Source: Prevotella sp. (lineage in GTDB: Bacteria; Bacteroidota; Bacteroidia; Bacteroidales; Bacteroidaceae). From it: a stretch of 64,000 bases of DNA. Positions within the stretch are counted from its first letter, which is position 1, and each line of letters starts with the position of its first letter. The DNA lies in assembly GCA_016290175.1 (NCBI GenBank), contig JAEETD010000001.1:14358-78357 (forward strand). The letters run 5' to 3'. The position numbers were made by a program, and so were the translations under genes. Shown piece by piece: positions 39,985 through 49,993 of the stretch. Under the pieces are notes generated by a model. The model did no database searches and was not told where the DNA came from. It saw nothing but the letters and a program-made list of their open reading frames with translations.

Positions 39985-40857
39985 TTAACCCAAATATTTC
40001 ATCAGAATTTTTGCATTTCCGCTATCACGCAGCTTGGCAATGCTCTTCTCACGGATCTGGCGTACGCGCTCACGGGTCAGACCAAGCTGATCACCGATTT
40101 CCTCAAGACCTTTTTCGTGGCAACCGATACCGAAGCACTCACGGATAATGGTGATCTCGCGCTCTTTCAGCACCTTGTTCAGTACATTATTCAATTCAAG
40201 GGCCATCGACTCGTGGTCTACCTGACGATCGGTACGGCTGTCATCGCCACTGGCCATCACATCGAGCATACAGTTGTCCTCACCATCCTGGAACGGGGCG
40301 TCGATACTCACGTGATGACTGTCTGCCTGCATAGACTGGCCAATCTTATCCTCATCGATGGAAGTCGCCTCTGCCAACTCCGATACGGAGGGATGACGCT
40401 GATGCTCCTGCTCGAATTTGTTGATCTCATGATTGATCTTGTTCAGAGAACCCACCTGGTTTAAGGGAAGACGAACGATACGGCTCTGCTCTGCAATGGC
40501 TTGAAGAATGCTCTGACGAATCCACCACACAGCGTAGGAAATGAACTTAAATCCACGGGTCTCATCAAACTTCTGAGCGGCCTTGATCAGTCCAATGTTA
40601 CCTTCATCGATCAGGTCTGTCAGGGTCAGACCCTGATGCTGATACTGCTTGGCAACGGAGACGACAAAACGCAGGTTGGCGGTCACCAACTTCTCTTTTG
40701 CACGTTCACCCTCTGGACCTCCCTTGCGGATTTTCTGGGCAAGTTCGATTTCCTCATCAATGGAAATCAAAGGTGCACGACCAATTTCTACAAGGTATTT
40801 GTCGAGTGCCTCACTCGAACGGTTTGTGATACTTTTCTGAATTTTTAATTGCCTCAT
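39985..40857 (-). CDS. rpoD: RNA polymerase sigma factor, Bacteroidota short RpoD/SigA family
   Basis: MRQLKI.KSITNR, ANLRFVVSVAKQY, RGFKFISYAVWWIRQ, LTRERVRQI. Confidence 0.9.
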   Translation of the reverse strand: MRQLKIQKSITNRSSEALDKYLVEIGRAPLISIDEEIELAQKIRKGGPEGERAKEKLVTANLRFVVSVAKQYQHQGLTLTDLIDEGNIGLIKAAQKFDETRGFKFISYAVWWIRQSILQAIAEQSRIVRLPLNQVGSLNKINHEINKFEQEHQRHPSVSELAEATSIDEDKIGQSMQADSHHVSIDAPFQDGEDNCMLDVMASGDDSRTDRQVDHESMALELNNVLNKVLKEREITIIRECFGIGCHEKGLEEIGDQLGLTRERVRQIREKSIAKLRDSGNAKILMKYLG

Positions 40858-40972
40858 CTTTTTACCTTAAATCCTTTCTAACTGATTGATTCTCAAACTA
40901 ATATCCTAAAACTATCTTTTAAAGCGGTGCAAAGTTACGAAAAAAATCGATACGTTGTTCTCTTTTTAACAA

Positions 40973-43831
40973 TTATTTTAATTTTTCTTTCAGGTATTGT
41001 CCTGTGAAACTTTCACTACATTCTGCCACCTCTTCAGGTGTACCAGCCACCACAAGATTTCCCCCGCGGTCACCTCCGTCAGGCCCCAGGTCAATCACAT
41101 AGTCAGCGCATTTGATGACCTCCATATTGTGCTCGATGATGAGGATGCTGTGCCCTCGCTTGATTAATGCCTCGAAGGAACTCAACAGCCTTTTGATATC
41201 ATGGAAATGCAGGCCGGTTGTCGGTTCGTCAAAAATGAAAAGGGTAGGATCCTGCTTTTCCTGATTGATGTAATAGGCGAGTTTCACACGCTGGTTCTCA
41301 CCGCCTGAGAGGGTTGAAGAACTCTGGCCGAGTTTAATGTAGCCCAAGCCAACGTCATTCAAAGATTTCAGACGCTTCACAATCGTATCCTGATGATGCT
41401 CCGCAAAGAATTCCAATGCCTCGGAGATGGTCAGGTTCAGCACGTCGTCGATGTTCAGTCCTTCAAATTTTACATCGAGTATATCGTGCTTGAAACGATG
41501 CCCGTGACAGGCCTCACACTCCAGCACAAGGTCGGCCATGAACTGCATCTCTACAGTGATGACACCAGCTCCCTTACATTCTTCGCACCGTCCGCCATCG
41601 GCATTGAACGAGAAATACTGAGCCGTATAGCCCATCTGCTTCGATAAAGGCTGCTCTGCAAACAGTTCGCGGATAGCATCGTATGCCTTTACATAGGTGG
41701 CAGGATTAGAACGACTGCTTTTGCCTATCGGACTCTGATCCACAAACTCGATGCGCTTGATGGCGTCGATGTCGCCACCCAGACCAAGATATTCGCCAGG
41801 GGCATCGCAGACATCACCGATATGACGCTTCAGGGCAGGGTAGAGAATACCTTTGATCAGACTTGATTTGCCGCTTCCGCTGACACCCGTCACAACAGTC
41901 ATCACATTGAGAGGAATCGTCACGTCGATGCCTCGCAGGTTGTTCATTCTGGCGCCCTTGATTTCGATGTGGAGATTCCAAGGTCGGCGGCTTGCAGGGA
42001 CCGGGATCTCCTCTTGATGAAGGAGGTAGCGGACGGTGTGGCTCCTAGATTGGCTAGCCGGGCTAGATATGCTAGAATTTCCAGATTGGCTAGACAGGCT
42101 AGACGCACTCCCCTCAAAAACGATCTCTCCGCCAAGCCTGCCTGCATCGGGGCCGACGTCGATCAGATAGTCTGCGGCACGCATGATTTCCTCGTCATGC
42201 TCCACCACTACTACCGTATTGCCCAGTGACTGCAGTTCCTTCAATACATGGATTAGCCGGTCTGTATCTCTCGAATGCAGACCTATCGACGGCTCGTCGA
42301 GAATATACAGCGACCCTACGAGGCTGCTGCCCAGCGAGGTGCAGAGGTTGATGCGCTGGCTCTCTCCACCGCTGAGCGAATTCGAGAGGCGGTTGAGGGT
42401 GAGATAGCCCAGGCCTACATTCAGCAGGAACTGAATACGTGCGCGAATCTCTGTCAGCAGCCGTTTGCCAACTTCTGCGTCATGCTCGTTGAGTTGCAGA
42501 TTGTCGAACCATTCCTTGAGCCTGACAACCGGCATCTGCACGAGATCGGTGATGCTATGGCCTTCAATCTTCACATATTCTGCCTCAGGTTTCAGGCGGG
42601 TACCGTGACACTTCGGACAGGTGGTCTTGCCCCGATAGCGGGCCATCATCACGCGATATTGGATCTTGTATTGATTATCCTTAACCATCTCGAAGAACTG
42701 GTCGATGCAAGGTTTTTCTTTCTTGCCTTTGTCCGAGGGGAGTCCGTGCCAGAGCCAGTCTTTCTGCTGACGGGTCAGGTTCATGTAGGGTTCGAAGATG
42801 GGGAAATCGTCGTTGGCGGCATGCCGGCAGAACCAGTCCTTCCACTCTTTCATCTTCTCGCCGTGCCAGCAGACCACACAACCGTCGTAGACGCTCAGCG
42901 TGGTGTTGGGAATGACCAGCCGTTCGTCGATGCCGATCACACTGCCAAAACCCTGACACTCGGGACATGCCCCTGCTGGCGAGTTGAAAGAAAAAAGAAT
43001 ATCCGTAGGCTCCTCGAAGGTGATGCCATCGGCCTCGAAGCGCTGCGAGAAATCATAGCAGATATTCGAGGGCAGGAACATCAGCCTCAGTTCGCCGTTG
43101 CCTTCGAAGAAGGCGGTCTCTGCGGAATCCACTAGTCGGGCGATGGCATCCTTGGAATCATCGACCGACATGCGGTCGATAACCAGGAAGATGCTAGCCG
43201 GGCTAGATTGGCTAGATCCCCTGGATTGGCTAGTCAGGCTCGCCCGGCTAGATTCCAGAAAATCATCGATTCTGGCGAAATCGCCTTCGACAAAGATGCG
43301 TGCGTAGCCCTCGAGGATATACGCTTTCAGCTGCTGCTCAATCGTTCTGCCCTCGGCGACATGTACAGGTGCCATGATGACATACTTCGTGCCCTTCGAA
43401 TATTCCAGCGTCTTCTGCACCACATCCTCCGTTGAGTGTTTCCTGACCTCCTGGCCACTGATGGGCGAGAACGAATGTCCGATGCGGGCGAACAGCATAC
43501 GGAGATAGTCGTATATCTCGGTCGTTGTGCCAACGGTGGAACGTGGATTGCGGGCGATGACTTTCTGCTCGATGGCGATGGCGGGCGGGATGCCGCGGAT
43601 GAAATCGCACTCGGGCTTGTTCATGCGGCCGAGGAACTGTCGGGCATAGCTCGACAGGCTCTCCACATAACGCCTCTGACCTTCGGCATACAATGTGTCG
43701 AAGGCCAGAGATGATTTACCGGAGCCACTGACTCCGGCAATCACTGTGAACTGGTTTCGGGGAATCTTGACGTCAACGTTCTTCAGATTGTTGACCCGCG
43801 CCCCCTTTATCTCGATATAATCGTTCATCAA
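40973..43831 (-). CDS. uvrA: Excinuclease ABC subunit A
   Basis: Two GVSGSGKSS Walker A motifs, EGQRRYVES, LSGGE, DEP, Zn fingers. Confidence 0.97.
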   Translation of the reverse strand: MMNDYIEIKGARVNNLKNVDVKIPRNQFTVIAGVSGSGKSSLAFDTLYAEGQRRYVESLSSYARQFLGRMNKPECDFIRGIPPAIAIEQKVIARNPRSTVGTTTEIYDYLRMLFARIGHSFSPISGQEVRKHSTEDVVQKTLEYSKGTKYVIMAPVHVAEGRTIEQQLKAYILEGYARIFVEGDFARIDDFLESSRASLTSQSRGSSQSSPASIFLVIDRMSVDDSKDAIARLVDSAETAFFEGNGELRLMFLPSNICYDFSQRFEADGITFEEPTDILFSFNSPAGACPECQGFGSVIGIDERLVIPNTTLSVYDGCVVCWHGEKMKEWKDWFCRHAANDDFPIFEPYMNLTRQQKDWLWHGLPSDKGKKEKPCIDQFFEMVKDNQYKIQYRVMMARYRGKTTCPKCHGTRLKPEAEYVKIEGHSITDLVQMPVVRLKEWFDNLQLNEHDAEVGKRLLTEIRARIQFLLNVGLGYLTLNRLSNSLSGGESQRINLCTSLGSSLVGSLYILDEPSIGLHSRDTDRLIHVLKELQSLGNTVVVVEHDEEIMRAADYLIDVGPDAGRLGGEIVFEGSASSLSSQSGNSSISSPASQSRSHTVRYLLHQEEIPVPASRRPWNLHIEIKGARMNNLRGIDVTIPLNVMTVVTGVSGSGKSSLIKGILYPALKRHIGDVCDAPGEYLGLGGDIDAIKRIEFVDQSPIGKSSRSNPATYVKAYDAIRELFAEQPLSKQMGYTAQYFSFNADGGRCEECKGAGVITVEMQFMADLVLECEACHGHRFKHDILDVKFEGLNIDDVLNLTISEALEFFAEHHQDTIVKRLKSLNDVGLGYIKLGQSSSTLSGGENQRVKLAYYINQEKQDPTLFIFDEPTTGLHFHDIKRLLSSFEALIKRGHSILIIEHNMEVIKCADYVIDLGPDGGDRGGNLVVAGTPEEVAECSESFTGQYLKEKLK
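42041..42103. repeat. In-frame 9-bp-period CTAG repeat inside uvrA
   Basis: CTAG at 42045, 42054, 42063, 42072, (42081 ccag), 42090, 42099. Confidence 0.9.
43192..43253. repeat. Second in-frame 9-bp-period CTAG repeat inside uvrA
   Basis: CTAG at 43194, 43203, 43212, (43221 ctgg), 43230, (43239 ctcg), 43248. Confidence 0.9.
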
Positions 43832-45267
43832 AGGATTGACTTCACGGCCTCGAGCATGCCGACGCTCTTGATGAGGTCGAGGTCCTGCTTCACCATCGCG
43901 GTCAGGCCGGGGATCTTGTTGAGGTCCTCACCCCAGATGGCCTCGGCGCCGAGCACGCCGACCGTCACCATCTGCGTGTCGCCCGTAGCCCAAAGGTCGC
44001 TGAGCAGCTTCATGATCTTCGGGTCATCGTTGGGGACGATGTCTACACCGTCAGCGCGCTTGCCGCCTTTATAATAAGTAATGATGGCGGCCAGACCGAA
44101 CACGAGTCCCTTGGGCAGTTCGCCCTTGCGCTCCAGATAGGTCTTCACACCGGGCAGGTCGCGGGCCTGGAACTTCGGGAACGAGTTGAGCATGATCGAT
44201 GTCACCTGATGGTCGACATACGGATTGTCGAAGCGCTCGAGCACGTCGCCGGCGAACTTCTCCAGCTCGTCCATCGGCAGGTCGAGTGTCTGCATCAGCT
44301 CATCGAACTGCACCTTGTGGATATACTTTGAGATCACCTCATGGTTGCAGGCGTCGCGGACGATGTTCACGCCGCTGAGGAATGCCACGGGACTCAAAAC
44401 GGTGTGCGGGCCGTTCAGCAGTGTCACCTTGCGCTTGTGGTAGGGCTCCTCTGAGGGCACGAACAGCACATGCAGGCCGGCCTTGTCGGCGGGGAATTCC
44501 TTGGCCACTTCCTTCGGGGCCTCGATCACCCAGAGATGGAAGTTCTCGGCCTGTACCACGAGGTTGTCGCGGTAAGATATCTTCTCCTGAATCTCGGCGA
44601 TCTCCTTGCGGGGGAATCCCGGCACGATGCGGTCCACGAGCGTGGCATACACACCGCAGGCCTCTTCGAACCACTTCTTGAAGTCCTCGCCCAGCTTCCA
44701 CAGGTCGATATATTTATAGATGCACTCCTTCAGCACGTGGCCGTTCAGGAAGATCAGTTCGCAGGGGAAGATGATCAGGCCCTTCTTCGGGTCGCCGTTG
44801 AAGGTCTGATAGCGGCGGTAGAGCAGCTGCACCAGCTTGCCGGGATAGCTTGAGGCGGGGGCGTCGTCGAGCTTACAGCTGGGGTCGAAGGCGATACCGG
44901 CCTCGGTGGTGTTCGAGATGACGAAGCGGATCTCGGGCTGGTCGGCCAGGGCCATGAAGGCGGCGTTCTGCGTATAGGGATTGAGCGCGCGGCTGATCAC
45001 GTCGATGCGCTCGAGTGTGTTCACGGGCATGCCGTTCTCGCGGCCCTGCAGGTTCACGTGGTAGAGGCAGTCCTGACCGTTGAGCCACTCGGCCATACCC
45101 TTCTCGATGGGCTGCACCACGACCACTGAGCCGTTGAAGTCGGTCTTCTGGTCCATGTTCCAGATAATCCAATCTACGAATGCCCGGAGGAAATTGCCTT
45201 CTCCGAACTGAATCACCTTTTCAGGCATCACGCTCTTGGGAGCGAATTGTTTGTTTAGCGGTTTCAT
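43828..45267 (-). CDS. uxaB: Tagaturonate reductase (altronate oxidoreductase)
   Basis: IQFGEGNFLRAF, SNTTEAGI, PCELI, LVDRIVPG, RKVTLLNGPHT, RFDNPY. Confidence 0.94.
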   Translation of the reverse strand: MKPLNKQFAPKSVMPEKVIQFGEGNFLRAFVDWIIWNMDQKTDFNGSVVVVQPIEKGMAEWLNGQDCLYHVNLQGRENGMPVNTLERIDVISRALNPYTQNAAFMALADQPEIRFVISNTTEAGIAFDPSCKLDDAPASSYPGKLVQLLYRRYQTFNGDPKKGLIIFPCELIFLNGHVLKECIYKYIDLWKLGEDFKKWFEEACGVYATLVDRIVPGFPRKEIAEIQEKISYRDNLVVQAENFHLWVIEAPKEVAKEFPADKAGLHVLFVPSEEPYHKRKVTLLNGPHTVLSPVAFLSGVNIVRDACNHEVISKYIHKVQFDELMQTLDLPMDELEKFAGDVLERFDNPYVDHQVTSIMLNSFPKFQARDLPGVKTYLERKGELPKGLVFGLAAIITYYKGGKRADGVDIVPNDDPKIMKLLSDLWATGDTQMVTVGVLGAEAIWGEDLNKIPGLTAMVKQDLDLIKSVGMLEAVKSIL

Positions 45268-45383
45268 TTTTAAATATTGTTTGAGTGATTATTTATTTGC
45301 GGATGCAAAGATAGTGTTTTTCCGCGATACTTCCAAATCTTTAACGCGCTATAACGTTAAAAAGCCACGCAAACCTTTGCGTC

Positions 45384-45418
45384 CAAAAAAAATCTCCCCA
45401 CCATTTGGTGGAGAGAAT
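45384..45418 (-). terminator. Terminator after the uxuA-uxuB unit
   Basis: tctccccacca/tggtggagaga stem, followed by T7 on the minus strand. Confidence 0.65.
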
Positions 45419-45439
45419 ATGTCTTTATATACGAAGCCC

Positions 45440-47026
45440 TTATCTAGCGGCGACGTATTTGTGGAGTGTTGCGCGCACGGCACCTGGGCCAGCGAAGAGC
45501 TCGCGCACCATGCTCTCGATCTGCTCGCCGAGGCCGGCTTCATAGAGGTCGAGGCCGAAGACGTCGGCGCGGCTGTAGAGATTGCGCAGCGGACTCCAGT
45601 CCTGATCATCGCGGCCGATCTCTAGCGGGGCGACGATTTGCTGCAGTTCTGCGAGCATCGGGTCGGGCGAAGGCTCGAAGGGCGTGCCGTCGTCCTTGAT
45701 GCCCTTCAGGTAGCGGGCGTATCCGGCCAGCGTCAGGGGTATCAGCACGAGGTTAGACATGTCGAGTCCGCGGGCCACATATTTCTTCAGCGTCTCACCG
45801 AAACGGATGGGCAGTTTCTGGCTTGTGTCCATGGCGATGCGCTGCGGAGCGTCGGGCATGAAGGGGTTGGGCAGGCGGCGGTTGATCACGGCGCCAATGA
45901 ACTCGTAGGGGTTCAGCACTCCTGGGTCTACTACTACGGGCATTGCCTCCATATAGCCGATCTTCTGGATGAACGCGCGCAGGTCGTCGTCCTTCATCTC
46001 GGCAGAGATGAGCGTGTAGCCCAGCATGCAGCCGTAGATGGACATCGCCGTGTGGAGCGGGTTCAGACAGGTGGTCACCTTCATCGTCTCCACCTTGTCG
46101 ACGGTCTCGCGGGTGGTGTAGAGAGCGCCACCTAAGTCGAGTGGGGGACGGCCGTTAGTGTAGTTGTCCTCTATCACGAGGTACTGCACTTCCTCGGCAT
46201 TCACAAAGGGAGCTGTGAAAGTGTGGCGCTCGGTCTCGATGTAGTCGTTGTCCTCGAAGCCATCGGCAGCCAGCAGTTCTTTCACCTTCTCGTGGGGACG
46301 CGGGGTGATCTTGTCGATCATCGACCAGGGGAAGGTGATCTTCTCCTCATCGCGGAGATAGTCAAGGAAGGCCGCATCGATCAGACCGTCCTGCACCCAG
46401 CGCTCAGCGTAGGCGAAGACGCCGGCCTTCACCTTGTCGCCATTGTGCGAGCAGTTATCCATCGACTGCACGGTCAGAGGGAGCTCGCCGGCCTGCCAGC
46501 GCTCATAAAGCAGCGCGCAGACCTTACCCATTGCGAACATCGGCTGGAGACCGCGGGCCATATCGGCCTCGTTGAAGGTATAACCCTTCTCAGTGATGGT
46601 GAAGGAGATCATCTGCAGGCTAGGGGTGCGGAAGATTTCCACGAGACGCTGCCAGTCGGGGAACTGCGGATCGGCCTTCAGGGCCTCGGTGACGCTAGCG
46701 ATGACCTTCTTCTCGATGGATCCGTCGGAGCAGAGGTTCACGCATAGCGAGAGATTATTGTAAGGGGCGTATGCCTTGTCGATAACCTCGAAATCGAAGG
46801 TCTCGGCTACGATGACGCCGCGGTCGTACTTACCCGTATTCAGTGCATCGTTGAGGATGGCTGCAGGGAAGGCACGGAAGATGTTTCCACCGCCGAAGTG
46901 TACCCACGTGGGCTCCTTGGCGGTCTTCTCGCGGACGGCCTTGATGTCAAACTTCGGAAGCTCATAGCCTTTGGCTTCCCACTCTGCGGCACTGAACTGG
47001 CCGCTGAAAATATCGTTAAGTTTCAT
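45440..47026 (-). CDS. uxuB: Mannitol-dehydrogenase-family oxidoreductase, probable fructuronate reductase
   Basis: WVHFGGGNIFRAF, TITEKGY, SMDNCSHNG, MIDKITP, DTSQKLPIRF; adjacent to uxuA. Confidence 0.8.
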   Translation of the reverse strand: MKLNDIFSGQFSAAEWEAKGYELPKFDIKAVREKTAKEPTWVHFGGGNIFRAFPAAILNDALNTGKYDRGVIVAETFDFEVIDKAYAPYNNLSLCVNLCSDGSIEKKVIASVTEALKADPQFPDWQRLVEIFRTPSLQMISFTITEKGYTFNEADMARGLQPMFAMGKVCALLYERWQAGELPLTVQSMDNCSHNGDKVKAGVFAYAERWVQDGLIDAAFLDYLRDEEKITFPWSMIDKITPRPHEKVKELLAADGFEDNDYIETERHTFTAPFVNAEEVQYLVIEDNYTNGRPPLDLGGALYTTRETVDKVETMKVTTCLNPLHTAMSIYGCMLGYTLISAEMKDDDLRAFIQKIGYMEAMPVVVDPGVLNPYEFIGAVINRRLPNPFMPDAPQRIAMDTSQKLPIRFGETLKKYVARGLDMSNLVLIPLTLAGYARYLKGIKDDGTPFEPSPDPMLAELQQIVAPLEIGRDDQDWSPLRNLYSRADVFGLDLYEAGLGEQIESMVRELFAGPGAVRATLHKYVAAR

Positions 47027-47032
47027 TTCTTT

Positions 47033-47064
47033 CGTTATTACGTTATATCGTTATCACGTTCTTT
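47033..47064. repeat. 8-bp tandem repeat (CGTTATNN x4)
   Basis: cgttatta cgttatat cgttatca cgttcttt fills the uxuA-uxuB gap. Confidence 0.8.
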
Positions 47065-47066
47065 CA

Positions 47067-48320
47067 TTAATCAAAGAATCCGGGCTGCTTATACTCGATG
47101 CCGAGCTCGCGGTCGACAGTGGCGAGAATGCCCTGTATCTGTCCGAGGGCGAACATACGGCCGAGGAGCGTGTAGCCGGCATTGTGGCCGTGGCTCGATT
47201 CATCGAACACACCGCCAGGCTCATCGGTGAAGGTCATACCGTGGTCCACACGCATGGGCAATTCGGGATTCTCCTTCTCGAAGATGCGGCAGAGCTCAAT
47301 GAGATCGGCACGCCCGCCCAGATGAGAGGCCTCGGTGAAATCGCCATTGGGGAAGATGTGGCAGGAGCGAAGATGTACGAAGTGGGTACGCGAAGCGAAT
47401 TTCTTCGCCAGCTCGACGACATTATTGTATGCTCCAGCTGAAAGGGAACCTGCGCAGAACGTAAGACCGTTGTGTTTGTTAGGCACGGCGTCGAGGAACC
47501 ACTGGATGTCCTCCTCGGTGCGCACAATGCGTGGCAGACCAAGAATCTCAATGGGGGGATCGTCGGGATGAACGCACATGTTCATACCACATTCCTCGCA
47601 CACGGGCATGATGGCCTCGAGGAAATATTTCATATTGGCACGAAGCTTGGCCTTGTCAATGCCCTTATAGAGATCGAGAAACTCGCGGAACTTCTGCACG
47701 GGAGCCTCGTCGTTCTCACTGAAGTTGCCAGAGACGAATCCCTGCGTCTTGATGACGATGTTCTCCACGAGCTTGTGGTCTTTCTCGGGAGTCATAGTCT
47801 TGGCCAGCTCGTCGCACTCGGCAATGACGCTGCGGCCCTGGCCCCAGCCTTCGGGGAACTGGAATTTCTCCCACTCCTCACGGGCACCTGGGCGCTTCAG
47901 GATATAGATGTCGAAATAGGCAAATTCGGCATAGTTGAAGTAGAGGTTCGTGGCACCGTTGGGATTGTCGTGGAACAGATCGGTGCGTGCCCAGTCGAGC
48001 ACGGGCATGAAATTGTAGCAGATGCAGTGGATGCCCTCAGCAGAGAGATTCCTTAACGACTCCTTATAGACTTCAATCTGTTCATCACGGTCTGGACCAC
48101 CGTATTTGATGGTCTCTACGACAGGTAGCGACTCGACAACGCTCCAGCGCATGCCATAACTCTCAATATACTCACGCAGGTCGCGGATCTTCTCACGTGT
48201 CCAGACCTGACCCAGGGGCACGTCGTGCAATGCGGTGACGATGCCCTCAACTCCGATTTGTCTCAGCTGGGCAAGGGTGATCTTGTCCTTCTTGCCAAAC
48301 CATCTCCATGTTCTTTCCAT
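47067..48320 (-). CDS. uxuA: Mannonate dehydratase
   Basis: MERTWRWFG, WSVVES, CYNFMPVLDWART, HPDDPP, HFVHLR, MRVDHG. Confidence 0.95.
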   Translation of the reverse strand: MERTWRWFGKKDKITLAQLRQIGVEGIVTALHDVPLGQVWTREKIRDLREYIESYGMRWSVVESLPVVETIKYGGPDRDEQIEVYKESLRNLSAEGIHCICYNFMPVLDWARTDLFHDNPNGATNLYFNYAEFAYFDIYILKRPGAREEWEKFQFPEGWGQGRSVIAECDELAKTMTPEKDHKLVENIVIKTQGFVSGNFSENDEAPVQKFREFLDLYKGIDKAKLRANMKYFLEAIMPVCEECGMNMCVHPDDPPIEILGLPRIVRTEEDIQWFLDAVPNKHNGLTFCAGSLSAGAYNNVVELAKKFASRTHFVHLRSCHIFPNGDFTEASHLGGRADLIELCRIFEKENPELPMRVDHGMTFTDEPGGVFDESSHGHNAGYTLLGRMFALGQIQGILATVDRELGIEYKQPGFFD

Positions 48321-48404
48321 ATAATAAATTTTTGTTTTAGTAATACAATTCGTTTGCAAAGATAATCATATTTTGCGAATGTCGGTTGTCTATTCGTTGC
48401 AAAA

Positions 48405-49874
48405 TCATCTTTTTTTGGTTCTTTTTCTCGATTTGCCCACTATAAGCTCCCTAAAGTCGATCTTCCGGAGGGGAGCAGCAGGCTTGACGGTCTGTATGGG
48501 AAGGCTCTCGTTGCCAAAACGGTCGACGGCCGTCACGGCGTAGTTGAACTGGTGTCCACCGTGTCTTACGGTGATATGATTGCTGCGCTGGCGGGTGCTG
48601 ATCAGGTTGCGGGCGTCGGTGATGTCGACAGGGTAATCGCTCGACGCATATATATTATATATAAGGTAGTCGCCTCCAGAATAGTCGCGAGGCTGGTCCC
48701 ATGCGAACATATCTGTCGTCATGCCACGCTGGAGCCTCAGACCTGTAGGTGCGGCTGGCGAGCGCTTGCCGTACCAGCTCATCGGAGGCACGAGTGCGGG
48801 ATGCTGGTTGAAGTCTTTCGTGAAAGTGTAGAGCCCCTTCGTGTTGTCAGTTAGGAACTTCGAACGGAAAAAGCAGTGACCAAGCCCCTGTTCACGGCTG
48901 ACGTACATCTCGCGCTGCACTACGTCGAGCGACCAGTTCCGTTCTTTGGGGTGAAGCATGTAGGCGGCCAGCCCGGGCACAACGATTCGACCATAAGAAA
49001 ATTCCTTCCAGTTGACGGTAAAGGGGAAGAAATTGTTGCTTTGGAAATACATCATCGGGAAGAGAGCGTCCATAAGTCCGTCCCGGAGCCAGCCCTGTGC
49101 GTCCTGACAGACGGTGGTATTGGCATTCCAACCGCCAGATTTGTAGCGGGCGAGGTCGTCGTATTTGCCGATGGGCGAGCAGGAGAGCATCACCCAGGGC
49201 TTCTCGGCCTTTACAGCCTGATTGATCTTGCGGACGATATTGGTGATATACTGTCTACCTTGTGAGCGACTGACTTTCAGTTTCCATGTCTCGGGGTAGC
49301 GGATATAGTCGAGGTGGATGCCATCGACATCATACCGGCGAGTCACCTCCCGGCAGAACTGGGCCAGATAATCGCCCGTTTCGCTTTTTTCAGGATTCAT
49401 ATACCCCTCGTCGCCCACCTTCACGATGAGTTTCGGATATTTCTGGCGCAGTTGTTTGCAGCCGTTGTTGTTCCATTTGCCAACGGGGATAGTCACAATC
49501 CAGGCATGACACTGCATGCCCCGTTTGTGACATTCGTCGATTGCAAACTGTAGGGCATCGTATCCGGGAGATACACCAGCCTTGCCAGAGAGACAGGCAT
49601 CCCAAGGCTCGCGACTGGACGGAAAGATGGTGGTGGCTCTGACTCGGGTCTGCAACAATACCGTATTGATATTGGCTTGCTGAAGCTGATCGAGGATATC
49701 GGTCAGTTCTTGTTTCTGACGCTGGATGTTATACGAGCTGTTAGCATAGATATGTGGCCAGTCGATGCCTCCGATGGTGGTGAGCCATACGGCACGCACT
49801 TCGTATTTTGGAGTCTGCGCATGCAGGTTAATAGCCATCGCAAGCAACAGGAAAAGGTATAGAATCTTTCTCAA
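48405..49874 (-). CDS. GHL10 (YddW/DigH-like) glycoside hydrolase with C-terminal FN3-like domain
   Basis: EVRAVWLTT..GIDWP, INTVLLQ, CHKRGMQCHAW, YDVDGIHLDYIRYP, YAVTAVDRFGNES. Start uncertain (TTG at 49874 assumed). Confidence 0.85.
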   Translation of the reverse strand: MRKILYLFLLLAMAINLHAQTPKYEVRAVWLTTIGGIDWPHIYANSSYNIQRQKQELTDILDQLQQANINTVLLQTRVRATTIFPSSREPWDACLSGKAGVSPGYDALQFAIDECHKRGMQCHAWIVTIPVGKWNNNGCKQLRQKYPKLIVKVGDEGYMNPEKSETGDYLAQFCREVTRRYDVDGIHLDYIRYPETWKLKVSRSQGRQYITNIVRKINQAVKAEKPWVMLSCSPIGKYDDLARYKSGGWNANTTVCQDAQGWLRDGLMDALFPMMYFQSNNFFPFTVNWKEFSYGRIVVPGLAAYMLHPKERNWSLDVVQREMYVSREQGLGHCFFRSKFLTDNTKGLYTFTKDFNQHPALVPPMSWYGKRSPAAPTGLRLQRGMTTDMFAWDQPRDYSGGDYLIYNIYASSDYPVDITDARNLISTRQRSNHITVRHGGHQFNYAVTAVDRFGNESLPIQTVKPAAPLRKIDFRELIVGKSRKRTKKR

Positions 49875-49993
49875 AATGATGTATTTTATTAAAATTTGCT
49901 GCAAAGTTACTAAATAATTCACAATTCATAATTCACAATTCACAATTATTTTGTACTTTTGCAACATGTTTTAATTAAAATAGGAGAAAAGAA

